From Gemmatimonadota bacterium (GTDB taxonomy: Bacteria; Gemmatimonadota; Gemmatimonadetes; Gemmatimonadales; GWC2-71-9), in assembly GCA_039586365.1 (NCBI GenBank), contig JBDHKN010000018.1, positions 22,643 to 86,642 on the forward strand: a DNA stretch of 64,000 nt. Direction: 5' to 3'. Below, one piece after another: positions 18,006 through 26,534 of this stretch. The notes beneath the pieces are model-generated. The model was not told the DNA's origin. It worked only from the letters and a program-made list of their open reading frames with translations, and did not search any database. The number at the start of each line of letters is the position of its first letter. The stretch's first letter is position 1. A program made the translations under genes and the position numbers.

Positions 18006-19253
18006 TCAGGGGTGTGGAACATCCGATAGCACGCGGAATGTATCGCGGGCGATCAGGAGTTCTTCGTTGGTGGGTATGACATAGGCTTTGAGGGCGGCAC
18101 CGTCGGCCGTGATTTCGCCTAGCAGGCCCTCAGCCAGATTGTTGTTCTTCTCCGTGTCGAGTATCAACCCAATCGCCTCCAACCCCATACTGATCCGCTC
18201 GCGGATTTGGGGAGATCGCTCGCCGATGCCACCGGCGAAGATGACGGCCTCCGCTCCTCCCATCTCGGCCAGGTACGCTCCTATGTAGTGCTTGACGCGA
18301 TGACAAAACATGTCGATCGCCAGTCTCGCTCTGCGGTCTTGGTTCTCTGCCTCCTCCTCCAACAACTCCTTCATATCGCTAGTAAGACCGGACACGCCGA
18401 GCAAGCCAGAATGCTTGTTGAGCATGGTGTCGATTTGCGCAGTGCTCATTCCCTCTTGAATCGACAGGTATTCGATCAGAGATGGGTCGATGCTTCCTGA
18501 GCGGGTGCCCATAACCAGGCCCTCGAGCGGTGTGAATCCCATCGATGTGATGTACGACTCACCTGCCTTGATCCCACACGCAGAGCAGCCATTCCCCAAA
18601 TGGAGAGTTATGATGTTCACTTGCTCACGACTCAGTCCCACGATCTTCCGGTAACGGTAGGATAGATAGCGGTGTGACGTGCCATGGAAACCATAGCGCC
18701 GGATCTTGTGTCGGCGGTACAACTGATAGGGTATAGGGTACAAGTAAGAGGTTTCCGGCATCGTCGAGTGAAAGGCCGTATCAAACACCGCGACCTGTGG
18801 TATTCCCTCACCAAGAATCTCGGTTGCAGCTCGAATACCCTTGAGGTTTGCAGGGTTATGTAGCGGTGCCAGATCGATGCAGTCTTCGATGCCTTCGATC
18901 ACCTCAGCGTCGATACGAACCGACGTTCGGAAATGCTCGCCCCCGTGCACCACCCTATGGCCCACCGCATGGATATCTGCCAGAGACGAGATATTGCTGA
19001 CCGCCGACGCTCGCGAGACGATCCACCGCAGGATGGTGTCGATGGCCGCACGATGGTCCCGCAGTGCCTCGGCATGCTTCTCTTTGGGATGTCCGTCGGC
19101 TTGGAAAGTGAGCAGCGCCTGTCCTCCAACCCGTTCCACGACGCCGCTCGCCAGCCGACGATCGGCGTCGTTAGATATGCGATCGAGGTCAGTTTCGATG
19201 ATCTGGAATTTTACCGTCGCGGAACCACAATTGAGTACCAGTACATTCATCAT
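18006..19253 (-). CDS. ackA: Acetate/propionate kinase
   Basis: NCGS, HRVVHGG, APLHNP, DTAFH, GFHGTSH, HLGNG, TPLEG, PTNEE. Confidence 0.95.
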   Translation of the reverse strand: MMNVLVLNCGSATVKFQIIETDLDRISNDADRRLASGVVERVGGQALLTFQADGHPKEKHAEALRDHRAAIDTILRWIVSRASAVSNISSLADIHAVGHRVVHGGEHFRTSVRIDAEVIEGIEDCIDLAPLHNPANLKGIRAATEILGEGIPQVAVFDTAFHSTMPETSYLYPIPYQLYRRHKIRRYGFHGTSHRYLSYRYRKIVGLSREQVNIITLHLGNGCSACGIKAGESYITSMGFTPLEGLVMGTRSGSIDPSLIEYLSIQEGMSTAQIDTMLNKHSGLLGVSGLTSDMKELLEEEAENQDRRARLAIDMFCHRVKHYIGAYLAEMGGAEAVIFAGGIGERSPQIRERISMGLEAIGLILDTEKNNNLAEGLLGEITADGAALKAYVIPTNEELLIARDTFRVLSDVPHP

Positions 19254-19337
19254 GAGACCCCGTCGACCGATCCCTCGGAGGGAAGCTACCAACCGTGGGG
19301 GCGGTCTCCAGTGTGCAGCGGTCAGTGATCGGCCACT

Positions 19338-20882
19338 CTACGGCATACTCCTCCGCGGGGGGAAGCAACTAGGCCATTCGCCTTCGGTGGGCACCAATCG
19401 ATCACGGGGCATCTGCGCGGTATCCTCGGAAGCCAGATAGGCTACCATCGCTGCCAGAGTGGCGTTGTTCATCAGGTCGTCGAACACGATCTTGTCGAAC
19501 GTGTCGCGGTTGGTGTGCCACGTGTATTGCCGGTACTCGGGGTAATGTGACTGCAATCGAAAGCCCGGAGCGCCGGCACACGTGAAGGACATATGGTCGC
19601 TCCCCTGCCCCGGTGTGCCGGGTATGTCCAAATCTATGTGTTGCGCTATCTCGAGTGGAATCTTGGAAAACCAGCGGCCGAAGTGCTCCCCGGCACCGAC
19701 GAGTCCTTGGGCTTTCAAATAGTCGATCCGCCAGGTCCCATTGTCCTGGTTGAACAGTGCGTGAAGACCCTCCATCACCTCGGGGTGATCTTCCCGGAAA
19801 GCGCCGGATCCAACCAGCCCGACTTCTTCCGAGCCCCAATGGCCGACGAGAATCGTGCGCTTAGGGCTGGGATAGGCCAAGTGCAGAACCCTCATCGCCT
19901 CTAGCATCATAACGGTACCCGTACCGTTATCCGTTGCACCTGAGGCAGCATCCCACGAATCGACGTGAGCAGACAGGACCACGTACTCGTCCGGCTTCTC
20001 GGTACCCCTCATCTCAGCCACAACATTGAAGACCGGAGTCTCACCCAGGAATTCGGACTCGGACTCCAACCGGATTTGTGGTGCCTGACCGTTCTCAGCT
20101 AGTCGGAACACCAGGCCGTAGTCCTCACAGCTCAGGTCCAGAGCCGGAACGCGGCTAGTCTCGGTGTAGAACACCTTGTTGACTCCCCAACCCTCTGACC
20201 ACAGTGAGGTCAGGATTCCGAGTGCGCCAGCTTCCTCAATCGCGGACATCACATCTGTGGGGCGGCGTGCACCGACCTTACGGAAACGGTCGTTCCAGGC
20301 CCTCCGACCGGCATTGCGTGAGTCCGTCAGGCGCTCGAATGACTCCGGTGTCGCCAACCGCTCCCAGACTTCGTCAGGCCTGCACGTGGGTTCGGGGAAC
20401 GAGAGCAGCACGAACTTGCCGCGCACGGCGGGCAGCCAGGAGCGGAACGCAGCTTCATCGGGCAGATCGGGGAAGATGACTGCGCCGCCTTCGACGGGGC
20501 CGCCGGTCCCCGGACTCCAGGCCAACATCGTGCCCTCGAGGGTCCTGACTCTGGGCGCAATCAGGTCGACGTGGGTGATACCCCGCCTCCAGCCCAGCCA
20601 AGTTCCAAACTGCTCTTTGCGGGCGCTGATCCCCCAGCGTTCATATTGGGAAAGAAGCCACTGTACGGCCGCGTCGTTGCCCGGCGATCCGGGCAGGCGT
20701 GGCCCGATAGAGTCCAGCAGAGCTTGCGCCAGCGGATACAGTTGCGAGTTCTCCATCCCTTCGGCCCAGATCCGCTTGATTACTGGGTCGCCGGTCGGGA
20801 ACGTTTGGGCTGAGGTGGCCATACTCAGTGTTCCAGCGGCCAGGATCAGAGTAGCGGCGTGACTGAGCGACCGTACGATCAT
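19338..20882 (-). CDS. Secreted M28 family metallopeptidase (carboxypeptidase Q-like)
   Basis: Signal peptide; AHVDSW, DNGTG, EE, NQD, WHT metal and catalytic motifs. Confidence 0.9.
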   Translation of the reverse strand: MIVRSLSHAATLILAAGTLSMATSAQTFPTGDPVIKRIWAEGMENSQLYPLAQALLDSIGPRLPGSPGNDAAVQWLLSQYERWGISARKEQFGTWLGWRRGITHVDLIAPRVRTLEGTMLAWSPGTGGPVEGGAVIFPDLPDEAAFRSWLPAVRGKFVLLSFPEPTCRPDEVWERLATPESFERLTDSRNAGRRAWNDRFRKVGARRPTDVMSAIEEAGALGILTSLWSEGWGVNKVFYTETSRVPALDLSCEDYGLVFRLAENGQAPQIRLESESEFLGETPVFNVVAEMRGTEKPDEYVVLSAHVDSWDAASGATDNGTGTVMMLEAMRVLHLAYPSPKRTILVGHWGSEEVGLVGSGAFREDHPEVMEGLHALFNQDNGTWRIDYLKAQGLVGAGEHFGRWFSKIPLEIAQHIDLDIPGTPGQGSDHMSFTCAGAPGFRLQSHYPEYRQYTWHTNRDTFDKIVFDDLMNNATLAAMVAYLASEDTAQMPRDRLVPTEGEWPSCFPPRRSMP

Positions 20883-21103
20883 TGTGTCCTCGACGAAGAA
20901 TGGCATGATCCGTTCGTCATTGCGTGCGGAAATGTTCATTGAGGCACGTAAAGATAATGCACCAGCCACTATTTGCTCAGTGAGGGCTAGTGGCGATCGT
21001 CCATGTCCATGCTGGACGGAACAATATCGCCGAGGTCAGTTTATCACTGTACCTCAGGCTCGCGTTTCTCACTGGAGTTGTGCGCAAAGGAATCCCTGAA
21101 TCG

Positions 21104-22444
21104 ATGCTGCAAAGTCCGGCGCTCCGAATCGGCACATTCAACGCCCGGTTCCTACCACATCTGTTGAGCAATCGACGGCGAGCTCGACTGTTGGCGGAGC
21201 GAATCGCGGAGTATGACTACGACATTATGGTCCTGAGTGAGGTCTTCAGTGAAAGGGCACGTCGCGCTCTACTAGGCAAGCTCTCGTCGCGGTATCGCTA
21301 CATCGTACAGTATATCGGGAGTCGCAGACGGCTACGTGACGACAGCGGCCTCGTGCTGTTGAGCAAGTATCCATTCCAGACGTTGCCGGGGTCAACGGCG
21401 TATGGGCGTGGCAGGCTGCAGATCAGTGGATGCCAAGGATCTGATGATGGGCCGGCTGTCTGGTTTGTCGAGTATGCCGATTGCTGCTGCTCGGACTGCT
21501 TGGCGGGTAAAGGTGCTGCCTACGTGCGATTGGGCGTCAATGACCGTCGATTGCACGTCTTCTTCACGCACATGCAAGCAAGGTACGACTTTCATGGTCC
21601 CAAGAAGCAGCAGCTGACGCGTGAGATTCGGGCAGCACAATTGCACCAGTTGTCTACTCTCGTGCGTGAGGCACTGAGTCGAGAGCCATCTGTCACCGAC
21701 GACGTGCTGCTGTTGGGTGACTTCAATGTTGATGGAGTCAGGACAGGGGAGGTTCACACCGCGGCAGAGGATGCTGGGTATCGCGACGGTGAAGAGTGGT
21801 TCGCTATGCTCGACACGCTCAGTGAGCATTTACCAAATGGTCTGGTGGACGCGTGGCACGAGCACGTGCCGCTGGCCGATCCGGGCTTCACGTACCCGGC
21901 AACTCAGCCCGCAGCGAGGCGCGACTACATTCTGTTGAGTGCGGCGGATCGGGAGCGGACTCTCTGCGTGCAACACGTTGCCATCGCTCACAACCTCACA
22001 GCCGCGGCGGACGATGGGGTATTGCGTACGGAGCGCGGGACATCGCATCTGAGCGACCATCTGGGAATCAATGCGGATCTCAACTGGTCTTCGGCTGGGT
22101 GTCATCCTCGAGATGCCCACCAAGTAAGCCTCACTTCTGGGCGGGCAACCGTGACTGGCCGAATCGAGTACGCCGGGGCATTGCAGTGGTATCGGCTACA
22201 CGGGAATGGTGGGTTTATGATTGGATTGGAGGGGTCCGACTGTGGAATAGGCGGAACGGTGCAAATCTACGCAGCAAGCGATATTTCGCGTCCGCTATTA
22301 CCGTTGGGTTCGACCGCGTCCTCACTCGTCAGGTCTGACCCGGGGTGTTACATCTTGAACGGTGATTGCCTTGTTCGCGTGGGTGAGCCGCAGTCGTTGG
22401 ACGTAGGTGAATACGTGCTAACTGTGCGTGCGGCGGGGCGATGA
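21104..22444 (+). CDS. EEP-superfamily phosphodiesterase (sphingomyelinase-like) with C-terminal beta domain
   Basis: TFN, EVF, DSGL, KG, THMQ, GDFN, DY and SDH motifs. Confidence 0.8.
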   Translation: MLQSPALRIGTFNARFLPHLLSNRRRARLLAERIAEYDYDIMVLSEVFSERARRALLGKLSSRYRYIVQYIGSRRRLRDDSGLVLLSKYPFQTLPGSTAYGRGRLQISGCQGSDDGPAVWFVEYADCCCSDCLAGKGAAYVRLGVNDRRLHVFFTHMQARYDFHGPKKQQLTREIRAAQLHQLSTLVREALSREPSVTDDVLLLGDFNVDGVRTGEVHTAAEDAGYRDGEEWFAMLDTLSEHLPNGLVDAWHEHVPLADPGFTYPATQPAARRDYILLSAADRERTLCVQHVAIAHNLTAAADDGVLRTERGTSHLSDHLGINADLNWSSAGCHPRDAHQVSLTSGRATVTGRIEYAGALQWYRLHGNGGFMIGLEGSDCGIGGTVQIYAASDISRPLLPLGSTASSLVRSDPGCYILNGDCLVRVGEPQSLDVGEYVLTVRAAGR

Positions 22445-22541
22445 TCCGAGAAGCCACTTTGTGTTGGCAAGCGCAGCTCGAAGCCTCGACATCGCTGTCA
22501 ACCGAACCGCAACTCGAGACTGGGATGCTCCAGGCTCTGCC

Positions 22542-25178
22542 TCAAAAGGCGAATCCCCAGTCGACGTAAAACCCGCTACTCTGCTCTTCCTTCCCCTTGA
22601 AATATGATGCAGAGAAGAGGTATCTGGAGCCGAGGAATCCGAGCCAGATGCCACCGCCATACCCTAGATGCCACCCACCTGGTGATTGGCCCTCAACCCA
22701 CACCCGCCCGGCGTCCACAGCCCCGAAAACACCGAAAAGATGGGGCATGACTGTGCGAAACTGCGTTATGTGGGTGCGCAACTCCGCGCTGCCGAATAGC
22801 GATGCGTCACCGGCGAATCGCTGTGATCGCCAACCACGGAGCGACTGGAGGCCACCGATGAAGGCGGCATCAAACCAAGGGTAGCTTCCCCAGATCTTCT
22901 CAGCTCCGGCCCGCAGAGCTAGCACAGTATGGGGCAACGGCTTAGCTGGCAGGTAGGTCCTGCCGAGTGCTCGCACAGCACCGTAGGCACCGTCCAGGTC
23001 CCAGGCCTCGGGATACACGGAGCCATCCACATCGAGTCCCAGACCGATAAGATCTTCCAGCTCTTCGATCTCGTCCAACGTCATACCCTGGCGCGTATCC
23101 AAGCTGAGATTGAAGACCAAACCCAACTGCCCAAAACCTCCTGTACCATAGAGATCGGGCAGTGTCGCGATGAACCGACCAGTGTTATCCCTGGTCCTCG
23201 AGTACCGGAGGGTCGGGCCAAGCGCAAGTTCCAGGGAGCGTCCGGGAGAGCTGGCCACCAATGGTTCGATTACAAACATACCCCGCCATACGCTGTGGAA
23301 CTCGCGGTTAGCCAATTCGGAGATATCGTTGCCGATTCCGTAATAGTGCACGACGTCAAAGGAAGTGGCGTAGGTACGGAAAACAGTATGCAGCGAGGAG
23401 TTCTCGATGCGGTAGTCGTATTCGATCGACAGATCGTAACGGCTATCGGTCGACAGCGCCGCATTGAGCTTCCACATGGTTGCGTAGGGGTTCTTTCTGA
23501 ACCCAAAGGAGTGACGTGAGAAGCCGCCTCCCATAAGCAGGCCGTAGTCGGAACTGTACCACAGCTTGGCCCGCGGGAGTATGCGCCTGCCCCAGTCTTG
23601 CGGTGCGGCGTTCTGGTCCGGCTCGTACGGCTTCTCATTGATAGCAGTCCTCGAGCCAATGACGCGATTACTGCCGCGCGCGTCGTACAACTTCACGCCT
23701 TTCGAAGGCGTCTCAAACACGAAACTGTCGTTGCCCTGTCCGCCAACGACGCGGATTGTCGGGCGTAAACGGTCCGCTCCGTTGATGGTGACGCGGTCGT
23801 CGCCATCGTAAAGAAGGATACGTATCTCATCGGTCTCGGAGGGGTCGAACCGCCGCCTGTAGTACGGAGCTGTACTCGCCGACCGCTCAGCGATCGTTAC
23901 ATCCACGTGGCCACCCGGCAGCTGTGTGACGTTCACTTCCTCCGCAACGTCCGTCGCATGGACGTCCACCTGAGCTGCCAACAGTCGATAGAAGCTGCTC
24001 GCTACCTTCGGCAGACCCGCCCGCCTTCTCTTCAAGGCGTTTTCGAGCCACTGACCGTCGGCTTCGTACATTTCGGAAGGCAATCGTCCCACCGCTTGCT
24101 CGATCACCTCGTCAGTGAGTCGCTCGGCGACGCTCGTGGCGATCGAGTCCCACACAGGTTTCTCGAGATCCGTGAGGAATTGACGGTCGAGCAAGCGTGC
24201 GTTCCAATGCAGGCTGTACGTGCTCAGGTACTTGCCTGAGAATCCGACCATCTGTGGCATGCTCCATTGCCCGATGGCCGGGAACACACCATCTAGCTTC
24301 GAAAAGGCTTGGTCGCGGTCGCGCGGGATAGGGTACCAGCCAGGTGTCGAGTCAGTGCCAAAGTGCGCCCACCGCCATTGGTCGGCGTGTCGGTCCCAGT
24401 CTCCCAGGAAGAAGTCTAGCAGGCGAGCGTTCAGGAACGCCCGCGAGTTCACTCTGCCTGCCGGTGACTCCCGCAGCCTCTCGAATAGGGACTCACTCCC
24501 GATGACCCGCTCCGCGCCGGCAAAGGTCGCTAGGGCGTTCACTCCCTCGTCCGGCCGTTCTTCGATGATCCCCAACATTCCGGCGAACTCGTCCCGGAAT
24601 TCTCCGAGGATCGGATCATCGGGCATTACTGCGAGTTGCGGTTTCGCGTGAAGCACGCCTGCAGCTTCCAGCAGCGGCTCGCACACGAGTACGCCCACGG
24701 GATGCTGTGAGCTGATCTGATCTTGGAGAACATCCGCCGCCAGTGTGGTCCTCAGAATCGGTGGTAGAGCCGCAGCAGGGTTCTTGTCCATCGACCGGAA
24801 CGAGTATTCCTTGCCGTCAGCACCTTCAAGCCGCAGCGATCGAGTTTGTTGTCCACCACCGCGCCTGACCGGTGTCAGACCCTGCCCAAACGTGCGCAAG
24901 TTGAGGATCGGGACTTCAATGGGAGTGGTCCAAGCGTCTCGGTAGTGATTCCCCCAAAAGAGCCGTCCAAATCCGCTCATGCCATAACGAATGCCCGGGG
25001 TCACGACAACCGTGCTGTCACTGGTTTGGGAGGGAATCTGAGGGATAGCGGGGGCGGGTGTGAACAGCGTGACAACTACCACTGCTGCTTCCCAGGACAA
25101 CAACTCCCCTTTAGCCCACCTGTTCGGTGGAATTCCGGGCTTGCGTGTGGTGGACTGACGCTTACCGTGAGCTCGCAT
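22542..25178 (-). CDS. Omp85/BamA-TamA-type outer membrane protein with N-terminal kinase-like region
   Basis: C-terminal barrel (LRG..RFAG, DAGRVW, terminal GFAF); N-region GGGQQT, DWDRHADQW, RDRDQAF. Confidence 0.75.
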   Translation of the reverse strand: MRAHGKRQSTTRKPGIPPNRWAKGELLSWEAAVVVVTLFTPAPAIPQIPSQTSDSTVVVTPGIRYGMSGFGRLFWGNHYRDAWTTPIEVPILNLRTFGQGLTPVRRGGGQQTRSLRLEGADGKEYSFRSMDKNPAAALPPILRTTLAADVLQDQISSQHPVGVLVCEPLLEAAGVLHAKPQLAVMPDDPILGEFRDEFAGMLGIIEERPDEGVNALATFAGAERVIGSESLFERLRESPAGRVNSRAFLNARLLDFFLGDWDRHADQWRWAHFGTDSTPGWYPIPRDRDQAFSKLDGVFPAIGQWSMPQMVGFSGKYLSTYSLHWNARLLDRQFLTDLEKPVWDSIATSVAERLTDEVIEQAVGRLPSEMYEADGQWLENALKRRRAGLPKVASSFYRLLAAQVDVHATDVAEEVNVTQLPGGHVDVTIAERSASTAPYYRRRFDPSETDEIRILLYDGDDRVTINGADRLRPTIRVVGGQGNDSFVFETPSKGVKLYDARGSNRVIGSRTAINEKPYEPDQNAAPQDWGRRILPRAKLWYSSDYGLLMGGGFSRHSFGFRKNPYATMWKLNAALSTDSRYDLSIEYDYRIENSSLHTVFRTYATSFDVVHYYGIGNDISELANREFHSVWRGMFVIEPLVASSPGRSLELALGPTLRYSRTRDNTGRFIATLPDLYGTGGFGQLGLVFNLSLDTRQGMTLDEIEELEDLIGLGLDVDGSVYPEAWDLDGAYGAVRALGRTYLPAKPLPHTVLALRAGAEKIWGSYPWFDAAFIGGLQSLRGWRSQRFAGDASLFGSAELRTHITQFRTVMPHLFGVFGAVDAGRVWVEGQSPGGWHLGYGGGIWLGFLGSRYLFSASYFKGKEEQSSGFYVDWGFAF

Positions 25179-25284
25179 TGCGTCCAGTCCTTCTCAATTG
25201 GATCCTTTGCCCAGCCAACATGGTTGGCTGCTCTACGGCCAACACAAATGTGGTGGTTCGGGCTCCCGCAGGGAAGAGCGCGGG

Positions 25285-25333
25285 GCTATCAGCTGTCAGC
25301 CATCAGTCGCCAACTTGCAGCTATCAGCTGCAC
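25285..25333 (+). repeat. Degenerate GCTRTCA-type heptamer array (~7 units)
   Basis: gctatca gctgtca gccatca gtcgcca acttgca gctatca gctgcac. Confidence 0.75.
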
Positions 25334-25344
25334 CCCAGCCTGGT

Positions 25345-26208
25345 TCACCCACCCGGCCGTGGAGCTTCCGGGTTCGGGACCCACAGCACGTTGATGATCT
25401 TCCACTCGCCATTGACTTTCGCTAGCTGGAGATGGTCGATGTACAGGGCTGAGGAGACCTTCACTGCCGCGATGCCCTTGGAGATGTCGTAAGTTTCCAG
25501 CTCGACGTCTCTCTTGTCCTCGTCGAGCTTCCCCAGACCTGCGCGCGTTCCCTCAATGAGGTTGGACGCCCCCATCTTGTATAGGAACTGTTCTCCCGTC
25601 TGGCGGTGGCGGTTCAAAAGGACCTTGTTGAGTTCGGGGTGAAGGGCTCGCTCCATGCGTTCCGCGTTTCCTGAGTAGGCCCCTTCGATGTAGTCGAGGG
25701 CGGCTGTCTCTACATCCACCCTGTCTGCCTCCAGAACGTCTTGATCCAGTTCACTCTCAGCGTTCGGCTGGTTCCGTGCCCACAGCACGTTCACGATCCT
25801 CCACTCGCCCTTGATCTTCGCCAGCTGCAGGTGGTCGTACCACAGTTGTCCGACGGCCCGAGCGCTCGCAATGTCGTTCCCGACGTCGAAGACGGTTACC
25901 TCGACGCTCCGGTCGACTTCAGCCATCTGCTCCGCCAAACCTCGCACAATCTCCACCAGCGTGGTGTGCGTGTTGTAGCTCAGGACCTGCCTACCGGTCT
26001 GGCGCAGAGTCGTCACGACCACTTTGTTCAGCTCTTCGTGCACACCCCTAGCAACGCGATCGGCATCTGCGGTGACGGCACCTTCCATGTAGTCCATTGC
26101 GGCGCGAACGATGCCTTGCTCATCACTCTCCCTATGTGTGCCATTTTGAGCAATGGTTGGGGCGGCAGCGACCGCGGCCAGCAGAATGGTGGGAAGTAGA
26201 CCTTTCAT
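25345..26208 (-). CDS. Secreted tandem NTF2-like (putative lumazine-binding) domain protein
   Basis: Signal peptide; two copies of DYxEG..DAxR..HxELNK..DHLQLAKxxGEWxIxNVLW; GAGGAG RBS. Confidence 0.85.
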   Translation of the reverse strand: MKGLLPTILLAAVAAAPTIAQNGTHRESDEQGIVRAAMDYMEGAVTADADRVARGVHEELNKVVVTTLRQTGRQVLSYNTHTTLVEIVRGLAEQMAEVDRSVEVTVFDVGNDIASARAVGQLWYDHLQLAKIKGEWRIVNVLWARNQPNAESELDQDVLEADRVDVETAALDYIEGAYSGNAERMERALHPELNKVLLNRHRQTGEQFLYKMGASNLIEGTRAGLGKLDEDKRDVELETYDISKGIAAVKVSSALYIDHLQLAKVNGEWKIINVLWVPNPEAPRPGG

Positions 26209-26261
26209 GGCCAGATTCTCCTCTTTCAGAGCCACTGACGTGGGATGGAATATTGTAATTC

Positions 26262-26277
26262 GATATATCGATATATC
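26262..26277. promoter_or_regulatory. Perfect 16-bp palindrome, candidate operator
   Basis: GATATATCGATATATC in an AT-rich island of a divergent intergenic region. Confidence 0.5.
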
Positions 26278-26534
26278 ATAAATAGATGACACGAAGTGTG
26301 CCGCGGTGGTCGCTGGCTTAACCTCTTGATTAGAAACAATTTGCCCGAAGCAACCCGGCGTGGCAGGAAGCGGGAGTGACCGGTACTGGGACTTTCGGTT
26401 CCGCCAACGGACAGCACGGCAGGCAGTTACAGCCGTCGGCGGATCGATAGTTCCGCTGACAGTGGACAACTGGCGGCAGTAATGTTGATTGGCTACCGAG
26501 CGGTTCTGTCTGGGAGAGTCTGACGTGTCGAAGC

